64,000 nucleotides of DNA from Bacteroidia bacterium. GTDB lineage: Bacteria > Bacteroidota > Bacteroidia > J057 > JADKCL01. The stretch covers positions 2,219-66,218 of the forward strand of contig JAXLVK010000023.1 in the NCBI GenBank assembly GCA_046329055.1, written 5' to 3'. Both the position numbers and the translations under genes were made by a program. The notes under the pieces were generated by a model, which was not told the DNA's origin, did not search any database, and saw only the letters and a list, made by a program, of their open reading frames with translations. Positions 26,234-35,483 of the stretch are shown piece after piece (position 1 is the first letter of the stretch; each line of letters opens with the position of its first letter).

Positions 26234-28918
26234 CTAGTCTTTTTGAACCAATGATTGCATTCCCGCCAAGATGCGTTCCGGTGTCACCGGAGCGGTAAGG
26301 GGGCGGTATCCCGTGGCATTGAAGATGGCATTGGCGACGGCCCCTGCAACGGGAACTGTGCAAAGCTCTGCGAGCCCCACTCCCTTTTGCTTGACCATGT
26401 CGAATCCTTCTTCGATGAAATCGATCTGAATGGGTGGAATGTCTCCGATGCCCGGAATCCGGTAATCCTCCAACCCGCGCGAAAGGACACGTCCCGAGGT
26501 TTTGCAAAGCGCCCTGTCCTCGTACAGCACGTGTCCGATGCCTTGGACTGCGCCGCCTTGGCATTGGTTGATGGCGATTTGTGGGACATGTACCTTGCCC
26601 ACACGCATGGCTCCACGGACTTCGGTGACTTTCACCTTACCCGTGTCCTCCACTTCCACCTCCACGATGTACACCCCGTATCCTCGGTTCTGCCCGACTT
26701 CCATCCCTTGGTCGAGCGGCATCAGGCCCATCGGGTTGAAGCCGTCGTTGTGGCCACGGGTCACGCGCTCCTGAAGCAGGGTGATTTGCTGAATCGCCTC
26801 CTGCCATGGCATCTTGCCACCTGCGTGTGCAATTCCTCCTGCCTCGGCCTTGGCATCTGAAAGGCTCTTCTTCCGGGCAACTTCCTTGACGATGCTGTCC
26901 CGCAGTTTTTCCGCAGCCTCAAAAGCCGCAGGGTAGATCGTTGCTGTGGTGCGGCTACCTCCGGATGTCGGGCCGATGGGGAAGTTGCTGAAGCCGACCT
27001 CGACCTTGACGCTGATCGGGGATATGCCAAACACATTTGCCACAGCCTGCGCCAAGACGGTACGTGAGCCTTGGCCCATGTCCTGCACGGCATTTCGGAC
27101 CACAAATCCTGCTGGGCTAGCCTCGACCTCCACGATGGCGGATGGCATATAGAGGTGCATCCATCCGCCAAATGCCACTCCCACTCCTTTTCTGAATCCT
27201 TTCGGAGTCTCAGCATTGAGCCGCCTTTTCCACAGGTCCTGCTTCTCCACCCAATCGAAGAGCTGCAAATAACCCTCGTGCTTCTCCCATTTGCGGCGGA
27301 ATGCGATTGGCTCGATTTTCAATTGGTGGGCCAACTGATCGATCGATTGCTCCAATGCAAACAATGCCCCTGGCCCTCCAGGTCCGCGAAAGGCAGCTCC
27401 GGGTTGGAAATTTGTGAGGACATCGTAGTCCGTCAGGTCCTTGGAAATGCCCGTATAGCCAATGCCGGAGATGTCCGCCGTGTTCGAGCCGATTGCGTAG
27501 CCTGAATTGCCATAGGCCGACATGGTGTAGGCGGGGTTGCTGCCATCCGCGTCGGCGGTGATTGCAACTTCGATCTCCGAGCTTGGGCGGTAGCCAGTCT
27601 CGGTGAATTCTTCGGAACGCGAATAGATCACGGCCACGGGCGCAGCAGCTGCCTTGGACAGATCGATGGCGGTGCGGATTGCAGTGTAGAACGTCAGCTT
27701 GGACCCGAATGCCCCTCCGACATTTTCCGCCACCACCAACACATCCTCCAATTTCAATTTGTAATGCTCCGCGATGTCCTCCGCTAGGAAAAACACCGAT
27801 TGTGTCGAAGCATACACCGTCAGCTTGCCGCCTTCCTTCCAATCCGCGACGGCACAATGCGGCTCCAGGCAGGTATGGAATTGGGTGGGAGTTTTGAAGG
27901 TCGCGCCGAAGTAGTTGGCGGCCTTCTTGTCGGCTTTTTCGGTGAGGCGCTTGGCCTTGCCGCTGCCAGAGGACGTGATGCTGATGGAAGTCCTGCGGAC
28001 GTTTCGGTCCCAGGAGCCAGGGAAGGGCGGCGCCTCTGATGCAAGCGGGATGGCTTTGTTGTCTCCGGGATGCAGGAGGACGCCACTGGGGTTCATGCTT
28101 TCGCGGACGTCCAGGACGAATGGCAGGGGCTCGTATTCGGCGATGATGGATTGAAGCGCTGCGTGGGCTTGCTCCTCGGTCTCAGCGGCGACTGCTGCAA
28201 GGGGTTCGCCTTCGTAGTGAATGATGTCGTCCTCCTTGATGCGAATGACGGCCTTCACGCCCGGCTTGGACTTGGCGGCCTCGATGTCGAGGCGCTTGAG
28301 CTTGCCGTGTGGGATGCTGGAGCGGAAAATCGCGCCTGTGAGCTGCCCGGGGAGTTGGATGTCGGTGGTGTACTTGGCAGCGCCTGTGACCTTGGAGGGG
28401 CCGTCATTGCGGATGTAGCTCGGTTGCTCGGGGCCGTCGAACTTTCCTTCGCAGGCGTCTTGGACAGCGGTGTAGATATTGGGGTAGGCCCCGCAGCGGC
28501 AGTAGTGTCCAGCTAGGGCAGCGGCGACGTCATCGCGTGTCGGGCGGGTTCCCTGGTGCTTGGCTTTCCAGTCATTGTAGAAGGCGACCGATTCTGTGAT
28601 GAAGCCCGGAGTGCAGAATCCGCATTGAAGGGCGTCATTGGCGAGGAAGGCCTTTTGCACGGGGTGCCAATCCTGGCGGTTGATGCCTTCGATGGTCTGC
28701 ACGCTTCTGCCGTCGAGGTGGGTGGCGGGCAGGATGCAGGAGCACCGCGGCTGACCGTCAAGGAGGACAGTGCAAGCGCCACAAGCGCCGGATCCGCAGA
28801 CGAGCTTTGTTCCAGTCAGGTGGGCTTGCTCGCGGATGACTTCGACGGCGCAGGTTTCGACCTCGACCTGAAACTGCCGGGATTCGCCATTGATGAGGGT
28901 TTTGATGGTCTCAGCCAT
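26234..28918 (-). CDS. Xanthine dehydrogenase/aldehyde oxidase family protein: N-terminal [2Fe-2S] domains fused to the molybdopterin-binding subunit
   Basis: Start moved to ATG 28918 (MAETIKTLINGE...). Two 2Fe-2S motifs are present (CGSGACGACTVLLDG and CGFCTPGFI), followed by the Mo-binding domain (NVGGAFGSKLTF...). No signal peptide is seen. Confidence 0.85.
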   Translation of the reverse strand: MAETIKTLINGESRQFQVEVETCAVEVIREQAHLTGTKLVCGSGACGACTVLLDGQPRCSCILPATHLDGRSVQTIEGINRQDWHPVQKAFLANDALQCGFCTPGFITESVAFYNDWKAKHQGTRPTRDDVAAALAGHYCRCGAYPNIYTAVQDACEGKFDGPEQPSYIRNDGPSKVTGAAKYTTDIQLPGQLTGAIFRSSIPHGKLKRLDIEAAKSKPGVKAVIRIKEDDIIHYEGEPLAAVAAETEEQAHAALQSIIAEYEPLPFVLDVRESMNPSGVLLHPGDNKAIPLASEAPPFPGSWDRNVRRTSISITSSGSGKAKRLTEKADKKAANYFGATFKTPTQFHTCLEPHCAVADWKEGGKLTVYASTQSVFFLAEDIAEHYKLKLEDVLVVAENVGGAFGSKLTFYTAIRTAIDLSKAAAAPVAVIYSRSEEFTETGYRPSSEIEVAITADADGSNPAYTMSAYGNSGYAIGSNTADISGIGYTGISKDLTDYDVLTNFQPGAAFRGPGGPGALFALEQSIDQLAHQLKIEPIAFRRKWEKHEGYLQLFDWVEKQDLWKRRLNAETPKGFRKGVGVAFGGWMHLYMPSAIVEVEASPAGFVVRNAVQDMGQGSRTVLAQAVANVFGISPISVKVEVGFSNFPIGPTSGGSRTTATIYPAAFEAAEKLRDSIVKEVARKKSLSDAKAEAGGIAHAGGKMPWQEAIQQITLLQERVTRGHNDGFNPMGLMPLDQGMEVGQNRGYGVYIVEVEVEDTGKVKVTEVRGAMRVGKVHVPQIAINQCQGGAVQGIGHVLYEDRALCKTSGRVLSRGLEDYRIPGIGDIPPIQIDFIEEGFDMVKQKGVGLAELCTVPVAGAVANAIFNATGYRPLTAPVTPERILAGMQSLVQKD

Positions 28919-28919
28919 G

Positions 28920-29459
28920 TCAGTGCAGGGTGATGATGTCGCAGAAAAGGGTGTCGGGGAGATTGGAGGGCAGGTCGAGCGGTCGGCCGTAGCGGAGCTG
29001 TGCGCCATGCAAGCCGTAGCTGAGTGAGGTGTCGCTGCTGTGCTTGGCCAGGATTTTTTCGTTGGGGAAATGGGCGACCAGCCAGTGTTCGCGTGCGTTT
29101 TGCATCTCCGGAGCGGGTTCTAGGGCGGGAGTCAGGTCACGTTGGATGGCGGCCTTGCTGAAATCCCGGAGCAGGACCATTCGCCAACCTTGGGGCGTGC
29201 AGATGCGCATCCCGAGCAGGTCAGTATCGAGGAGTCCCACTGGAGCGAAGCCCTCCTTGTGCCCATGCACCTCGCAGGGGCCGATGCAGGCGTCCGCGTA
29301 GGTAGCGCCGTTGGCGCGGGCGTGTGCGACCGCGAAAGCGACAGCCTCCTCGGCGTTCCATTGGTCAGTCCATGCAGCGGACAGGATGCCCGGCAGGAGG
29401 AAGGCCGAACCCATCCCCAGACCTGTCATTTTGAAGAATTCCCTTCGATTCATTCCCAT
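28920..29459 (-). CDS. Small Tat-signal protein of unknown function, first structural gene of the molybdoenzyme operon
   Basis: MGMNRREFFKMTGLGMGSAFLLPGILSAAW is a twin-arginine signal. The protein is 179 aa. Its stop lies 1 nt from the start of the next gene. Confidence 0.6.
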   Translation of the reverse strand: MGMNRREFFKMTGLGMGSAFLLPGILSAAWTDQWNAEEAVAFAVAHARANGATYADACIGPCEVHGHKEGFAPVGLLDTDLLGMRICTPQGWRMVLLRDFSKAAIQRDLTPALEPAPEMQNAREHWLVAHFPNEKILAKHSSDTSLSYGLHGAQLRYGRPLDLPSNLPDTLFCDIITLH

Positions 29460-29469
29460 AGCGTATTCT

Positions 29470-29493
29470 ATTTTCGAACAGTCATTCGATTAA
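29470..29493. promoter_or_regulatory. Imperfect TetR-type operator half-palindrome between tetR and the molybdoenzyme genes
   Basis: ATTTTCGAA-cagtca-TTCGATTAA has the same 6-nt spacer and the same TTCGATTAA arm as the perfect palindrome at 30082-30113. Confidence 0.45.
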
Positions 29494-29495
29494 GT

Positions 29496-30068
29496 TCATG
29501 CCTTGATCGCATCCCAGAGCATGGCAAAGCATTCCTCCACGTGCGCGTCCGAGAGCGGAAGTTCCCCGCTGCTGAAGAGCGTTGTCATGCGATCGGTCAT
29601 CCCGCCAAGTGTTGCCAAAATGAGCTCAGGGGCCACATCTTTGAGCAATAGTTGCTCCTGTCCCATCCGGATGAGCTGCATGGGGATGGCCATTTCCAGG
29701 GATTTTGACTCAGCAACTGTCTTTTGGAAATAGCTCGATGCCTTCACCCGTTCGTAGAAGAGCGTTGCTTGGTGATGCCGGATGCGATGATGCAGGTAAG
29801 CGATCCAGAAATGCTTGAGGTTCACCTTGTAAGGTCGGTCGGGGCGAAACTCCTGCACGACCACCGTCACCATCGATTTGAGCACCTCCCGGAAGAGGGA
29901 TTGGATCAGGTGATCCTTGTCCTCGAAGTAGGTGTAGAGTGTTGACGGTGAAACGCCTACGCGTCGGGCGATGTCGGCCATCTTGAGTGCATTCACGCCC
30001 TCCTCGGCAACCACGGCAAAGGTCGCCTGCTTGATGGCCTCACGCTTTTCAAGATCCTTGAGCCGCAT
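29496..30068 (-). CDS. TetR/AcrR family transcriptional regulator
   Basis: The N-terminal HTH is ATFAVVAEEGVNALKMADIARRVGVSPSTLYTYFEDKDHL. 190 aa. Confidence 0.85.
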   Translation of the reverse strand: MRLKDLEKREAIKQATFAVVAEEGVNALKMADIARRVGVSPSTLYTYFEDKDHLIQSLFREVLKSMVTVVVQEFRPDRPYKVNLKHFWIAYLHHRIRHHQATLFYERVKASSYFQKTVAESKSLEMAIPMQLIRMGQEQLLLKDVAPELILATLGGMTDRMTTLFSSGELPLSDAHVEECFAMLWDAIKA

Positions 30069-30081
30069 GCCTCAAATTTAG

Positions 30082-30113
30082 GGATTTAATCGAATGGTTG
30101 TTCGATTAAATCC
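30082..30113. promoter_or_regulatory. Perfect 13-bp inverted repeat (TetR operator candidate), adjacent to a -7 box upstream of tetR
   Basis: GGATTTAATCGAA-tggttg-TTCGATTAAATCC lies 14-45 nt upstream of the tetR ATG (30068). The minus-strand TAAATTTG (30080..30073) matches TAnnTTTG. Confidence 0.6.
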
Positions 30114-30380
30114 TGGAACGAGAATTTTTAGGAACTCAAAGTGGCATTTTGGGCATGCACTAGGAGGGTTAATATTTTGATTTTCAGATATTAATCTCGT
30201 TGAAGTGGCCTCCGGAGACGTAACTCCAGCGAGAATCTAGTTTTGTCGATTTGTCTCGAAGAGGGAAATTCGTTTTGTCAATGTCAATCAACCTTTTGTT
30301 CTAAAGAGTAATTTCTTCGATATGCCCAGCTTGATTCGCCCTCCGTACGCTCTTGTCTGAAAACCACAATTCCACTTCTG

Positions 30381-30416
30381 GAACAGAAAAGAAAAAGTCG
30401 GCACTTGCCGACTTTT
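30381..30416 (-). terminator. Rho-independent terminator downstream of tRNA-Arg
   Basis: The minus strand reads AAAAGTCGG-caagtg-CCGACTTTT followed by TCTTTTCTG. Confidence 0.7.
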
Positions 30417-30420
30417 GTAG

Positions 30421-30492
30421 TAGCCCCGCCAAGAATTGAACTTGGATCTGGTGTTTAGGAAACACCTGTTCTATCCATTGAACTACAGGGCC
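30421..30492 (-). tRNA. tRNA-Arg (anticodon CCU)
   Basis: Minus strand: GGCCCTGTAGTTCAATGGATAGAACAGGTGTTTCCTAAACACCAGATCCAAGTTCAATTCTTGGCGGGGCTA. It folds as a cloverleaf with a 7-bp acceptor stem, D arm GTTC/GAAC, anticodon stem GGTGT/ACACC with loop TTCCTAA, and T arm CCAAG/CTTGG with TTCAATT. CCA is not encoded. Confidence 0.9.
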
Positions 30493-30627
30493 AGATAGAT
30501 ACAGAGCGCAAAAATGCAGAGTTTTTCCCGGTGATGCAATGCGGTTGAGGCGGGAATTTGCGCAAATGAGGGCAAGATTGGGCACCTTGGGCTTCGTCCA
30601 TCCCGGTTCGGCAATAATCTGCCGACC

Positions 30628-31584
30628 CTAATCCTTCGATTCTGCCTCCGCTTCCAGACTGTCCTCCGCCACGATGTACAGCGGCCGTTGCCGGACATTC
30701 GCCCCAATCCGGGCGAGGTATTCGCCGATGATCCCAATGCCGATGAGCTGAATGCCGCCGATGAATAGAAAACTCACCATCTGCGATGCCCATCCAGTCT
30801 GATAACCTGCTGAAAAGAAGTAGCTCAGCACAGCATAAATGATCAGCAGGAAGGCAATGCCAGAAACTGCAAATCCGGCCATGGTGATGAAACGCAGCGG
30901 TGCCTCCGAGAATGCCGTGATCCCGTCGAGCGCGAAGCGGATCATTTTGGCATAGGTATAGCTCGTCTTGCCGCTGTGCCGCGAGTCGCGGTCGTACTCC
31001 ACAAACGTTTGCCGGAAACCCGCCCAAGCGATCTGCCCGCGGAGGAACTTGTTTTGCTCGGGCATCTGCTTCAACACGTTCACGACCTTGCGGTCCATGA
31101 TGCGGAAGTCCCCCGTATCCAGCGGGATGTCGATCTTGGTCAGGCGGCGCAGGATGCGGTAAAACATCTTGGCGGTCCACTTCTTGAGGAATCCCTCGCC
31201 CTTGCGTTGCCGTCGCTTGGCATAGACGACCTCGAATCCCTCCCTGTGCCTGCGGTACAAGTCGGCGATGAGCTCAGGCGGGTCCTGCAGGTCAGCATCG
31301 ATGATGACCACAGCCTTTCCCGTGCAATGGTCAAGCCCAGCAGTGACGGCGATCTGATGTCCAAAATTCCGACTCAGGTCGATGTAGCGCACATGCGTAT
31401 CCGCCGCGGCCAAGTCCCGCAGCATCACCAGCGACCGATCTTGGCTACCGTCGTTCACGAAGAGCATCTCATAATTCACCGCCATCCCAGACAATACAGC
31501 CGTGAGCCGCTCGTGCAGCATGGAGAGGTTGCCCTCCTCGTTGTGGACGGGAACGATGACCGAGATATCAGGCGGTTGGGCCAT
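30628..31584 (-). CDS. GT2 polyprenyl-phosphate glycosyltransferase (GtrB/ArnC/DPM1-like)
   Basis: ISVIVPVHNEEGNL, the DxD motif IIDADLQDPPE, and two C-terminal TM helices. Confidence 0.85.
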   Translation of the reverse strand: MAQPPDISVIVPVHNEEGNLSMLHERLTAVLSGMAVNYEMLFVNDGSQDRSLVMLRDLAAADTHVRYIDLSRNFGHQIAVTAGLDHCTGKAVVIIDADLQDPPELIADLYRRHREGFEVVYAKRRQRKGEGFLKKWTAKMFYRILRRLTKIDIPLDTGDFRIMDRKVVNVLKQMPEQNKFLRGQIAWAGFRQTFVEYDRDSRHSGKTSYTYAKMIRFALDGITAFSEAPLRFITMAGFAVSGIAFLLIIYAVLSYFFSAGYQTGWASQMVSFLFIGGIQLIGIGIIGEYLARIGANVRQRPLYIVAEDSLEAEAESKD

Positions 31585-31612
31585 GGCTCCAAGTTAGGAT
31601 TTTTGCGCTGTA

Positions 31613-34030
31613 TCAGTGCGTGGTGGATGTGGCTGCGCTGTCTGTGGCAGGCGGAGTCACCATCAAGTGCCTGTAGCGGTTGTTTTTCCAGACGGGCTTG
31701 CCGTTTTCAAACCGATAAACGTCCACGCCTTTGGAACGGATGAGGAGGTTGTCGATGGTGACCTTGGGCGGGAGCCGTTTCCAGCGGGTGACGTTGAGCC
31801 GGAAGGTATTTTTGGGGTCGGTCATGACGAATTCCCTTTCCATCAATGCCCAGTCGCCGTTGAAGCAGACGAGGTCCCAAAGCAGGCTGACGTATGCCCA
31901 GGCATGCGTTTCGGTCGCACTCGTTTCCTCAATGCCCAGCTGTGTCGTCGGGAGTTGGTCCTCGCGGATTTTGGCCCAGAGGCTGATCACAATGGTGTCC
32001 TTGGGCTTGCCGTGGAATGAGCCGTCGTAGATCAGGTTGTTGTCCTTGAGGATCACCGTGTTGCCCTTGCCGCCATGGTAGCCTGCGTCGTTGCCATCCT
32101 TTTCCCAGTCCACCCAAGTGAGGTTGCTGTCCTGCCGGGTTGTCTTGAACCCAGATGGAGCCTCCACCAGGCTGTCGGGGACCAATTCTCGTCTAGATGC
32201 AATTAGGAGGGCCGTTTGCGGATGCATTTCCCAGAAAATGACCTCGCCCTGCTGATAGACAGGCTTGCCCATGGGTGGGAGGATGGGCTGCACGAGGGGC
32301 CCATCATGCTTGTTCGACTTGCCAAATCGCATCGCCAGGATACGAGCCTGGCCGAGGTCCTTCATGATCTCGGGTTCTTCATCGGTTCCTGTTACCCATT
32401 GCAACTGCTTCCACGTCTGGTTCAGGGAGGTGCGGCTCATCATCACATTCATCATCGGGATGCCTGTGCGGATCGATGCCTCGAAGGCTTGGGCGCAGTA
32501 GGTGGGCTCATTCGCGATGAGATTTTCTGATCCGGCATGGAAATACGGCAGGACCGTAATGGCATTGAACGCATTCGGATCCACATATTTCATCCATTCA
32601 CTGGGTTGCGATCCGGGAATCAAACCCGGCTTGCCGGGCATCTGCAACTCGGCCATGGACCGCTGAATGTGCTTGTGGATGGGGTAATTCAGCGCAAATC
32701 CCTCGACGAGCGTCCACACCAATGAGATCGTCCCGATGGCAATCCCGACAACCTGCAGTTTCTTGCCCTTCAGCCAAGCCATCAGCCGCCATACGAGGTA
32801 AAAGCCAAACGTCAGGCAGGTGTAATAGAATACCCAAGCGAACCGCCCCAGGCTGCGGAACTGCCGGATCGGCGGAAACCACTCCGTGAGCAGCTCAGGC
32901 TTGATCGCAAAGGGGAACCCGCAGGCGAAAACCCCGACCGCTAGCCCCGCCAGCATCGAAACAACAATCATCCGGTTCTGATCATCTGACGCATCAGGAT
33001 TTTCCACCAATCGAAAGCCCTTCAATCGCCGCGTGACCGCACCATATCCAAGCCTGCCGAGCGTCGTCATCCAGAAAATCGCAAACGTCAGCCCACCCAG
33101 CAGCCCCACGTAAGCCACTCCCTCCCAATCTGGTGGAAGCTCCTTGAAAATCTTTCGGGGGATTTGGTCCAGGGTCTTGAGCGCCAGCGGAGCGAAAATG
33201 GTTTTGTAAGAGGCGACATATTCGTCGATCCCATAGGGATGCTCGGGTCGGTCCGTGACCCGGTCGGTGAGTTTCAGGCTGATCGCGAACAATGCCATGG
33301 GAAGCAGCACCTGCAAGCCATAGTGGAGCAGTTTCTGCAGGTGCGGCATTTTGCGCCAGCCCAGCAAGGCATAAAACCCCCAAAAAGCCGTCATGAACAC
33401 CGCCGAAATCATCACAAAATAGGGATGAAGCCAGCCCAACAGGAAGACCGTCACAGTGATCGGGAGGGAGCGCAGGATGGAGGGTTTCTCAAAGAACCTC
33501 AGAACCAAATGCCAGATCAGCGGCACCACGAATGTGTAGCCTAGGCCATAGTGGTTGTTGATCCGGACGAGTTGCGGAGACAGCATGGCAACCGCCACCG
33601 CCGCCAAGGCGGCCCACCACGGCCCGACTTGCCACCTTCGCAAAATCCTGTAAATCAGCCACCCCGTGAGCAGCAACGTCAGCAACAACGCGCAGTTGAT
33701 GATCCCGACCGTCCAGTCGGCGAGCCCGAGCACCTTGATGGAATTGCTGAGGAGGGGCTGCCCATCCGCGAACACGATATGGTCCCCGTACGGATAGTTC
33801 ATGCCCTCAAACCAGGTGAAGGTGCTGTCGTACTTCGCGTGATACCAAGGCGTGTAATAGTTCTTCAAGCCATCGTGCCCACTGCCCATGAAGGTGCCAT
33901 TCGGGTGGAGCAGCACGTCATGGTAGAAGTACCCGATCCCCAACAGGATAAGGCCAAACAGCAAAACAAGGGGCCAAGGGCGATTACGGGGTGTCACGGG
34001 GCGAATGTACGGCTTTTTCGCGGCGCCCAT
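31613..34030 (-). CDS. Large polytopic membrane protein with C-terminal soluble domain (possible GT-C-type glycosyltransferase)
   Basis: About 805 aa. The N-terminal half holds many TM helices and the last roughly 330 aa are soluble. The track start 34045 is TTG; the first ATG is 34030. I recognise no confident family signature. Confidence 0.55.
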   Translation of the reverse strand: MGAAKKPYIRPVTPRNRPWPLVLLFGLILLGIGYFYHDVLLHPNGTFMGSGHDGLKNYYTPWYHAKYDSTFTWFEGMNYPYGDHIVFADGQPLLSNSIKVLGLADWTVGIINCALLLTLLLTGWLIYRILRRWQVGPWWAALAAVAVAMLSPQLVRINNHYGLGYTFVVPLIWHLVLRFFEKPSILRSLPITVTVFLLGWLHPYFVMISAVFMTAFWGFYALLGWRKMPHLQKLLHYGLQVLLPMALFAISLKLTDRVTDRPEHPYGIDEYVASYKTIFAPLALKTLDQIPRKIFKELPPDWEGVAYVGLLGGLTFAIFWMTTLGRLGYGAVTRRLKGFRLVENPDASDDQNRMIVVSMLAGLAVGVFACGFPFAIKPELLTEWFPPIRQFRSLGRFAWVFYYTCLTFGFYLVWRLMAWLKGKKLQVVGIAIGTISLVWTLVEGFALNYPIHKHIQRSMAELQMPGKPGLIPGSQPSEWMKYVDPNAFNAITVLPYFHAGSENLIANEPTYCAQAFEASIRTGIPMMNVMMSRTSLNQTWKQLQWVTGTDEEPEIMKDLGQARILAMRFGKSNKHDGPLVQPILPPMGKPVYQQGEVIFWEMHPQTALLIASRRELVPDSLVEAPSGFKTTRQDSNLTWVDWEKDGNDAGYHGGKGNTVILKDNNLIYDGSFHGKPKDTIVISLWAKIREDQLPTTQLGIEETSATETHAWAYVSLLWDLVCFNGDWALMEREFVMTDPKNTFRLNVTRWKRLPPKVTIDNLLIRSKGVDVYRFENGKPVWKNNRYRHLMVTPPATDSAATSTTH

Positions 34031-34118
34031 GATGGAGAAAGGCAATCACCACATCCTCCAAAAAGCAATCGGTCGCGAAGCAAACGCCCCGCGACCGATC
34101 CATGGAAAACGAGCCTGA

Positions 34119-35471
34119 TCAGGAGAACAGCTTCTTGTTTTCTTCAATGAATTTCGTGGAATAAACCCCGCTGCGGAAGACTTCGGACTGCATCAACTTC
34201 CTGTGGAAGGGGATGGTGGTCTTGATGCCTTCCACGATGAACTCGTCGAGGGCGCGCTCCATCTTGGCGATCACTTCCCTGCGGGTGCGTGCCGTCACGA
34301 TGAGCTTGCCGATCATGGAGTCGTAGTAGGGTGGGATCACATAACCTGCGTAGGCATGGGAGTCCACACGGACACCATGGCCACCGGGCTTGTGGAACAC
34401 CGTGATCTTGCCGGGGCTCGGGCGGAAATCGTTGTCCGGATCCTCGGCGTTGATGCGGACCTCCATGGAGTGGATCTCGCCAGGGAAGTAGTGACGACCG
34501 GAAACCGGCTCGCCTGCTGCCACCTTGATCTGCTCCTTGATGAGGTCGTAGCTGAAGACTTCCTCGGTCACTGGGTGCTCGACCTGGATCCGGGTGTTCA
34601 TCTCCATGAAGTAGAACTTGCCAGTCTTGTCCACGATGAACTCGACGGTTCCGGCGCTGTCATAGCTCACGGATTGTGCAGCCTTGACAGCGGCTTCGCC
34701 CATCTTCTGGCGGAGCTTTTCGTCCATGAAAGGCGCCGGACTCGGGCATTCCTCCACGAGCTTTTGGTGGCGACGCTGGATGGTGCAGTCGCGCTCGCTC
34801 AGGTGGGAGACATTGCCGTATTGGTCGCCGACAACTTGGATCTCAATATGGCGGGGCTGCTCGATGAATTTCTCCATGTACATGCCATCGTTGCCGAAGG
34901 CAGCACCTGCCTCGCGGCGGGCGTCTTCCCAAGCTTGTTCGAGCTGGGATTCCTCCCACACGATGCGCATGCCCTTGCCACCACCGCCGGCGGTAGCCTT
35001 CAGCAGCACCGGATAGCCGATTTTCGCAGCGATCTTGAGTGCTTGTGGCATGTCCTTGAGGAGTCCGTCCGAGCCGGGAACGACAGGGACACCGGCCTTC
35101 TTCATCGTCGCCTTGGCCATGGACTTGTCACCCATGTTGCGGATGGCGTCTGGGCGCGGGCCGATGAACTTGATGCCGTATTCAGCGCAGACCTCGGCAA
35201 ACTCAGCATTCTCGGAGAGGAAGCCGTAGCCCGGGTGAATGGCGTCCACCCCCGTGATCTCCGCAGCAGCGATGATGTTGGGGATGTTCAGGTAGCTCTC
35301 CTTGCTCGAAGGCGGGCCGATGCAGACGGCCTCATCGGAAAACCTTACATGCAGGCTATCCCTGTCCGCGGTGCTATAGACACCCACGGTCTTGATGCCC
35401 ATCTCCTTGCAGGTGCGCTGAATCCGGAGGGCGATTTCGCCACGATTCGCAATGAGGATTTTCTTAAACAA
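34119..35471 (-). CDS. accC: Acetyl-CoA carboxylase biotin carboxylase subunit
   Basis: [25 protein letters not shown]..., an ATP-grasp protein of 450 aa. A TTG start is forced by the accB stop at 35484. Confidence 0.95.
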   Translation of the reverse strand: MFKKILIANRGEIALRIQRTCKEMGIKTVGVYSTADRDSLHVRFSDEAVCIGPPSSKESYLNIPNIIAAAEITGVDAIHPGYGFLSENAEFAEVCAEYGIKFIGPRPDAIRNMGDKSMAKATMKKAGVPVVPGSDGLLKDMPQALKIAAKIGYPVLLKATAGGGGKGMRIVWEESQLEQAWEDARREAGAAFGNDGMYMEKFIEQPRHIEIQVVGDQYGNVSHLSERDCTIQRRHQKLVEECPSPAPFMDEKLRQKMGEAAVKAAQSVSYDSAGTVEFIVDKTGKFYFMEMNTRIQVEHPVTEEVFSYDLIKEQIKVAAGEPVSGRHYFPGEIHSMEVRINAEDPDNDFRPSPGKITVFHKPGGHGVRVDSHAYAGYVIPPYYDSMIGKLIVTARTRREVIAKMERALDEFIVEGIKTTIPFHRKLMQSEVFRSGVYSTKFIEENKKLFS

Positions 35472-35483
35472 GGCCTTGTGCGT

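Noticed and set aside
30069-30627. tRNA-Arg flank as an integration site of a mobile element.
   Set aside because: I found no integrase, no duplicated tRNA 3' end and no foreign gene block. The AT-rich 350 bp holds the tetR promoter/operator and the tRNA terminator.
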